A stretch of 49,037 nucleotides of DNA from Christensenellales bacterium (GTDB lineage Bacteria > Bacillota > Clostridia > Christensenellales > UBA1750), in the NCBI GenBank assembly GCA_050309705.1, contig JBNRMR010000107.1, positions 1 through 49,037 on the forward strand, given 5' to 3'. Made by a program: the position numbers and the translations under genes. The notes under the pieces were generated by a model, which worked only from the letters and a program-made list of their open reading frames with translations, had not been told where the DNA came from and made no database searches. This document shows, in pieces, positions 44,521 through 49,037 of the stretch; the stretch's first letter is position 1, and every line of letters begins with the position of its first letter.

Positions 44521-44551
44521 AGCGCCGGATATTAAACCCCGGCGCTTTTTT
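44521..44551 (+). terminator. Rho-independent terminator
   Basis: AGCGCCGG (44521-44528) pairs with CCGGCGCT (44539-44546), followed by TTTTT. TATAAT at 44555-44560 follows for the next gene. Confidence 0.65.
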
Positions 44552-44587
44552 GTGCTATAATTTCTGAAAAGCACAGAGGTGGCTGAT

Positions 44588-45133
44588 ATGAACATTTTTG
44601 ATTATAAACGCATAATGATTATCGGCAATAATGGCAGCGGAAAGAGTTTTTTCGCGAAAGAGCTGGCAAAAACAACGGGATTGCCTCTCACCCACCTTGA
44701 CAATGAATATTGGCGGTCCGACTGGCAAACCCCAACCCGGGAAGAATGGGAGGAAAGGCAAAGGCAGCTTGTTTCAGGCGAACAGTGGATAATCGAAGGA
44801 AATTACACCAGCACAATGGAACTGCGCTTTGAAAGGACGGAGCTGGTAGTATTCTTGGACGTAAACCGGATCGCCTGCCTGCTAGGGGTGCTCAAAAGGC
44901 GCGGTGACAAGCGGACGGACTTCCCCAGCCACCTGGACGAGCGGCTTGACAAAGGCTTTGTTCGCATGTGCGGGGGCCTTTGGCGCTTTTCAAAAAAACG
45001 CAGGCCCATAATAATGAGCCTGAGTGAAAAACACTGCGACAAACCCTTTTGGATCATAAAGGGCAGAAGAAAAATGCGGACGCTTTTAAAAAAATGGGGA
45101 AATGCGGCGCTGGATGATATCAGGATATCTTAA
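44588..45133 (+). CDS. P-loop kinase-fold protein (FlaR/topology-modulation, adenylate-kinase-like family)
   Basis: RIMIIGNNGSGKSFFAKELAKTTGLPLTHLD...WIIEGNY...VVFLD matches the FlaR-like pattern. Confidence 0.68.
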   Translation: MNIFDYKRIMIIGNNGSGKSFFAKELAKTTGLPLTHLDNEYWRSDWQTPTREEWEERQRQLVSGEQWIIEGNYTSTMELRFERTELVVFLDVNRIACLLGVLKRRGDKRTDFPSHLDERLDKGFVRMCGGLWRFSKKRRPIIMSLSEKHCDKPFWIIKGRRKMRTLLKKWGNAALDDIRIS

Positions 45134-45923
45134 GCAGCGCTCCGGGTGTTGACCTGGGCGCGACGCCAAGGGCCATGTCCTTGTCAGGATGAAGACCCAT
45201 CTGTAAAAGGGCCTGCCTGCAGGTTCCAATGGCGATGTCCGGTGTGTTGTTGTTCTTGCTCAGATGCCCCAGCATCACCTTTCTGACGGAGCCGCCGGCG
45301 ATGATCTCGCACAGGGTGGCAGCGCAGTCCTCGTTGGAAAGATGGCCGTTTCTGCCGGCTATCCTCGCCTTCAGATGGGACGGATATGAGCTGAGCCGCA
45401 GCATGTCCGGGTCGTAGTTGGACTCAAGTATCATAAAGTTCGCGTCCCTGGCCCGGGCGATGAAATCGTTTTTGATATAGCCCATGTCTGTGGCGATGAT
45501 TATTTTCTTTCCCCTGTTCACCATGCAAAAGGCAACCGGATCTGCCGCATCATGGGGAATTGAAAAGGGCTGTATGTTAAAATCGTTGATGTAAAAATCT
45601 CCGCCGCTGTCAAAAGCGATGCGGTTTTTAAGGGCTGCTTTTTTTATCGGCCTTCCCTCCAGGGCGGCCCATGTGCCGTGGGAGGCGTATATGGGCACGT
45701 CATGGCGGGCGCTGATTGTGTCCGCGCCCCTTACATGGTCTGTGTGTTCATGGGTGATAAGTATGCCCGAGAGCTCCGCCGCGTTTATGTTTATCTGGCG
45801 TAGGGCTTCCTCCACTGCGCGCAAAGAAAGCCCCGCATCTATTAGCAAATGGGTAGATCCGTCGGAAACGAAGGTGCAGTTACCGTCTGAGCCGGAGCAA
45901 ATCGTACGAAGGTAAAGAGACAT
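45120..45923 (-). CDS. MBL-fold metallo-hydrolase (YycJ-like)
   Basis: ITHEHTDHVRG (HxHxDH) and LLIDAG. 267 aa. It starts 10 nt downstream of serA. Confidence 0.85.
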   Translation of the reverse strand: MSLYLRTICSGSDGNCTFVSDGSTHLLIDAGLSLRAVEEALRQININAAELSGILITHEHTDHVRGADTISARHDVPIYASHGTWAALEGRPIKKAALKNRIAFDSGGDFYINDFNIQPFSIPHDAADPVAFCMVNRGKKIIIATDMGYIKNDFIARARDANFMILESNYDPDMLRLSSYPSHLKARIAGRNGHLSNEDCAATLCEIIAGGSVRKVMLGHLSKNNNTPDIAIGTCRQALLQMGLHPDKDMALGVAPRSTPGALLKIS

Positions 45924-45933
45924 GTTTCTTCCT

Positions 45934-47106
45934 TTATGAGCCTTTTATCATGCGGACTTTGTATATGCCGTCGATGGCCCGAAGGCTTTCGAGGACATTC
46001 TCGCCGCAGGGGGATCCCAAATCCAGCACCGAGTAGGCCACGTCCCCACGGGATTTGTTCATCATGTGTTCGATGTTCACGCCGCCGGAGCCAATGGCAG
46101 ATGATATCTGGGTGATCATGTTGGGGATGTTCTTGTGCAAGAGGCAGAGCCTTTCGCCGCTCCAGTGGGCCAATTCGCATGCGGGATAGTTGACCGAGTT
46201 CATTATGGAGCCGTTTTCAAGGTAAGCGGCAATCTGGCTGGCGGCCATATCGGCGCAATTGTCTTCGCTTTCGGGGGTGGAAGCGCCCAGGTGGGGGAAG
46301 GTGATGACGCTGGGATTGTCCAAAAGATCGTCCTCGGCAAAATCGGTCACATATTTGCTTATCTTGCCGCTCTTAAGGGCCTCGCGAAGGGCAACGCCAT
46401 CAACCAGCTCCCCGCGGGAGAAGTTCAGCAAAACGGCGCCGTCCTTGAGGGCGCTGATGGCTTTGGCGTCGATGTAGTTCTTCGTGGAGGGCATATATGG
46501 GACGTGTACGGAAACAAAATCCGCGCTTTCGATGGCCTCCTCAATGCTGGCGGACTTGCGAACGCCCCTTGAAAGCCGCCAGGCGGCGTCAACGGAAAGG
46601 TATGGGTCAAAGCCCACCACAGACATTTTTAAGTTATAGGCCATGTTGGCGAACCTGCCGCCCACCGCTCCAAGGCCAATGACCGCCAGCTTCTTGCCGC
46701 GGATCTCCCTGCCAACGAAAGCCCCCTTGCCCTTTTCAGCAAGAGCGCCCACTTTATCGCCATTGCCTTTGAGAGTCTTCACCCACTCGGCGCCGGCGAA
46801 GGCGTTTCGGGAGGCGGCGATCATTGTGCCGATGGCCATCTCCGCGACGGAGTTGGCATTGCCGCCGGGGGTGTTGAAAACGACTATGCCCTCGTTTGTG
46901 CAGCGCTCGACGGGAATATTGTTATAGCCCGCTCCTGCTCTGGCAATTGCGACCAGATCCTTGGGAAGCTGCATCTCGTGCATGTCTGCCGATCGGACTA
47001 TGACGGCGTCATAGTTTTCTGCGCTGCCGCTGATGGTGTACTTGTCTTCGGGGAAGCTTTCATATATCACCTGTGAAATGGCGTTTAGCGTCCTGATTGT
47101 ATACAT
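45934..47106 (-). CDS. serA: D-3-phosphoglycerate dehydrogenase (2-hydroxyacid dehydrogenase core plus C-terminal ACT domain)
   Basis: NAD motif GLGAVGGRFA and catalytic region SVHVP...FSRGELVD. Downstream of serC. Confidence 0.85.
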   Translation of the reverse strand: MYTIRTLNAISQVIYESFPEDKYTISGSAENYDAVIVRSADMHEMQLPKDLVAIARAGAGYNNIPVERCTNEGIVVFNTPGGNANSVAEMAIGTMIAASRNAFAGAEWVKTLKGNGDKVGALAEKGKGAFVGREIRGKKLAVIGLGAVGGRFANMAYNLKMSVVGFDPYLSVDAAWRLSRGVRKSASIEEAIESADFVSVHVPYMPSTKNYIDAKAISALKDGAVLLNFSRGELVDGVALREALKSGKISKYVTDFAEDDLLDNPSVITFPHLGASTPESEDNCADMAASQIAAYLENGSIMNSVNYPACELAHWSGERLCLLHKNIPNMITQISSAIGSGGVNIEHMMNKSRGDVAYSVLDLGSPCGENVLESLRAIDGIYKVRMIKGS

Positions 47107-47184
47107 GCCCTTATCCTCCTGTTTGAGTTCTCTTTTTGTTTGGCTCTATTAGTGCCGATAATTCACCGACTGTTCGCTGGTAAT

Positions 47185-48270
47185 CTATTTCGGGTTGCGC
47201 AGGGCGAAATCCTTCATGAACGCCACCAATTTTTCCACGCCTTCTATTGGCATGGCATTATATATGCTGGCCCTCATGCCGCCGACAAGGCGGTGGCCCG
47301 CAATATTGAGGAGCCCTTCGTTTGCTGCCTGTGCAACAAAGAGCTTGTCCCGGTCCTTGTCGCCGGTGACGAAGATGACGTTCATAAGCGAACGGGAAGC
47401 CTTTTCCACGGGAGCGGTGTAATAGTCCTGGCTGTCCAGATAGTCATAGAGCACGGCCGCCTTTTTCTTGTTGTATTCCTCCATGGCTGAAACTCCGCCC
47501 AGAGATTTTATCCACTCAAATGTGAGCATGGCCATGTATATGCTATAGGTGGGAGGGGTGTTGTACATGCTGTCGGCCTTAACCATGGTTGAATATTTGA
47601 GCATGGTGGGGGTAAGCTCCATGGGCGTGCGCTCCAGCAGGTCGGGCCTTAAGATGACGATTGTCACCCCTGCAGGGCCGATGTTCTTTTGCGCGCCGGC
47701 GTATATCATGGCATATTTGGAAACGTCATAGGGGCGCGAGAGTATCGATGAGGACATGTCCGTAATCAAGGGCGCATTGGTCTGGGGCGGGGCGCCAAAA
47801 TGGGTGCCGAATATTGTGTTGTTGGTGGTGAAATGCAGATAGTCGGCTTCGTTGTTGATTTTGGCCGGGTCAATATCGGGAATCTTTGTGTAGACGATGT
47901 CTGCGGTTGAAGCCACGACGCTGATATCGCCGTAGCGCTTTGCTTCCTTGATTGCGTTTGAGGCAAAGTTGCCCGAGTCTATATAGTCCGCCTTTCCGGT
48001 GACGGTAAGGAAATTCATGGGAATCTGGGCGAACTGCATGCTGGCGCCGCCCTGAAGGAAAAGGACTTTATAATCGGAGGGAATCCCCATCAGCTCGCGC
48101 AGCAGGGACTCCGCGCTGGCAATGATGCTTTCATACATCGGCGATCTGTGGCTCATTTCCATGACCGACATTCCGTCGCTGCCGTGGCAAAGCATCTCTT
48201 CGGCGGCTTTTTTCAGGACCGGCTCCGGCATAGCAGCCGGGCCCGCGGAAAAATTATACACTCTTTTCAT
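47185..48270 (-). CDS. serC: Phosphoserine aminotransferase
   Basis: MKRVYNFSAGPAAMPEPVL. PLP-Lys region YAGAQKNIGPAGVTIV. 361 aa. GGAGG RBS. Confidence 0.93.
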   Translation of the reverse strand: MKRVYNFSAGPAAMPEPVLKKAAEEMLCHGSDGMSVMEMSHRSPMYESIIASAESLLRELMGIPSDYKVLFLQGGASMQFAQIPMNFLTVTGKADYIDSGNFASNAIKEAKRYGDISVVASTADIVYTKIPDIDPAKINNEADYLHFTTNNTIFGTHFGAPPQTNAPLITDMSSSILSRPYDVSKYAMIYAGAQKNIGPAGVTIVILRPDLLERTPMELTPTMLKYSTMVKADSMYNTPPTYSIYMAMLTFEWIKSLGGVSAMEEYNKKKAAVLYDYLDSQDYYTAPVEKASRSLMNVIFVTGDKDRDKLFVAQAANEGLLNIAGHRLVGGMRASIYNAMPIEGVEKLVAFMKDFALRNPK

Positions 48271-48342
48271 GGGAAACCTCCTGCGCGTATGTAAAATTTG
48301 CGTACCGGGCGGCCGGAAGGGCAGCGCCAGTAAATATTGTTA

Positions 48343-48371
48343 ATTATATAGCAATGTGTTTTTCTTTTCAA
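48343..48371 (-). promoter_or_regulatory. Near-consensus sigma-70 promoter for serC-serA
   Basis: The minus strand reads TTGAAA (48371-48366), a 17-nt spacer, then TATAAT (48348-48343). This gives a leader of about 65 nt. Confidence 0.5.
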
Positions 48372-48562
48372 CCATGGAAGACGAACTTCAGGGCGGAAAT
48401 TCAAATGTTGTTCGGGTTTTTGCCCCTGCGAATCATTGACCCTTCCGCAGTTTCAATATATAATATACTCTAGAATAGTCTTGCGCAAGCCGTGCGCACT
48501 GCCCTGAGGGGGACGATTTGCGCCATGGCTATATCATGTATTTTTATTGCAGGAGTGTATGA

Positions 48563-49037
48563 ATGGACCGCCTTTTCCCCGGCTTCACAAAGGAATCGTT
48601 TGAGTTTTTCATGCTTATAAGGCTTAACAATAACAAGCCCTTCTTTGATGAGCACAAGGCGCATTTTGAGCGAGTGCTGAAAGAGCCTTTATATGCCCTT
48701 GCAGAGGACATGCAGCCCTTTATGCAGCAGGTCGACAAGAACATCGACACAAGGCCTTCCCGGGCGGTTTCCCGTATACGCCGCTCCACTCGCTACCGTC
48801 GCGATCTTTCCCCCTACAGGGATCATCTCTGGGTGAGCTGGCGGGACAGGACCAGGGACGACGAGGACTCCGCAATATTCACATTCTATTTCAGCATCGA
48901 GTTTGACCAGATGTACTGCGGCAGCGGTTATTACAACGCCGGGCCCAGGCAGATGAAGGCGCTGAGGAAGAAGATACTGGAGCAGCCGGAGCGCTTTGAA
49001 ATAATCGCAAAAAAGGCGGAGCAGGGCGGGTTTGCTC
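48563..49037 (+). CDS. DUF2461 (TIGR02453) family protein. The 3' end runs off the window, so it is partial.
   Basis: Own translation: MDRLFPGFTKESFEFFMLIRLNNNKPFFDEHKAHFERVLKEPLYALAEDM...RDLSPYRDHLWVSW... AGGAG lies 7 nt upstream. The frame is open to the window end, hence its absence from the track. Confidence 0.7.
   Translation, partial: MDRLFPGFTKESFEFFMLIRLNNNKPFFDEHKAHFERVLKEPLYALAEDMQPFMQQVDKNIDTRPSRAVSRIRRSTRYRRDLSPYRDHLWVSWRDRTRDDEDSAIFTFYFSIEFDQMYCGSGYYNAGPRQMKALRKKILEQPERFEIIAKKAEQGGFA

Noticed and set aside
48271-48342. A T-box or other riboswitch leader upstream of serC.
   Set aside because: With the near-consensus promoter at 48343-48371 the leader is only about 65 nt. That is too short for a T-box, and I saw no specifier or terminator-antiterminator structure.
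1-49037. CRISPR arrays, IS elements, integrases, prophage or conjugation modules, tRNA and rRNA genes.
   Set aside because: I saw no repeat-spacer periodicity, terminal inverted repeats with a transposase, recombinase motifs or tRNA-like TPsiC arms in the intergenic regions by eye. TraX and the FtsK-like gene are isolated, with no other transfer genes. A tRNAscan, Infernal and ISfinder run would be the definitive check.

Overview
This 49-kb window looks like chromosomal DNA from a Gram-positive anaerobe, probably a Clostridia-type Firmicute. That call rests on gene content: the miaB-mutS-mutL-miaA-hfq-ynbB synteny, DUF3842, TraX, VanW, an LplABC-type sugar transporter and strong GGAGG ribosome-binding sites. 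GC looks mid-50s % by eye and was not computed. I support about 45 protein genes. Three of them are absent from the supplied ORF track: a BlaR1-like gene running off the left edge, a 44-aa rubredoxin, and a DUF2461 gene running off the right edge.

The housekeeping genes are:
- miaB, mutS, mutL, miaA, hfq and ynbB-like (7.6-16 kb)
- feoA and feoB with small tail genes (19.8-22.6 kb)
- dnaX (22.9-24.6 kb)
- serC and serA with an MBL-fold hydrolase (45.1-48.3 kb)

The accessory content is:
- a blaI/blaR1-like pair with TACA/TGTA operators
- a GH13 enzyme
- an orphan MotA/ExbB-like plus MotB/OmpA-like pair
- a Zn-ADH and Gfo/Idh/MocA oxidoreductase pair, plus GNAT and NUDIX genes
- a minus-strand glycan-uptake operon facing a GH43 gene, in the order permease, permease, PreA/DHOD-like Fe-S flavoprotein, binding protein, heparinase II/III-like, membrane AraC regulator
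- a MATE pump and a short degenerate FtsK-like protein

I recognised no rRNA, tRNA, CRISPR array, transposase, integrase or phage genes.

The best candidates for something undescribed are (1) the non-flagellar stator-like pair at 3565-5453, (2) the divergent DHOD/DPD-family Fe-S flavoprotein wired into a sugar ABC operon next to a cytoplasmic heparinase II/III-like protein, and (3) the FtsK-like protein with apparently eroded catalytic motifs. None is proven. All functional calls are motif recognition by eye, with no database search.
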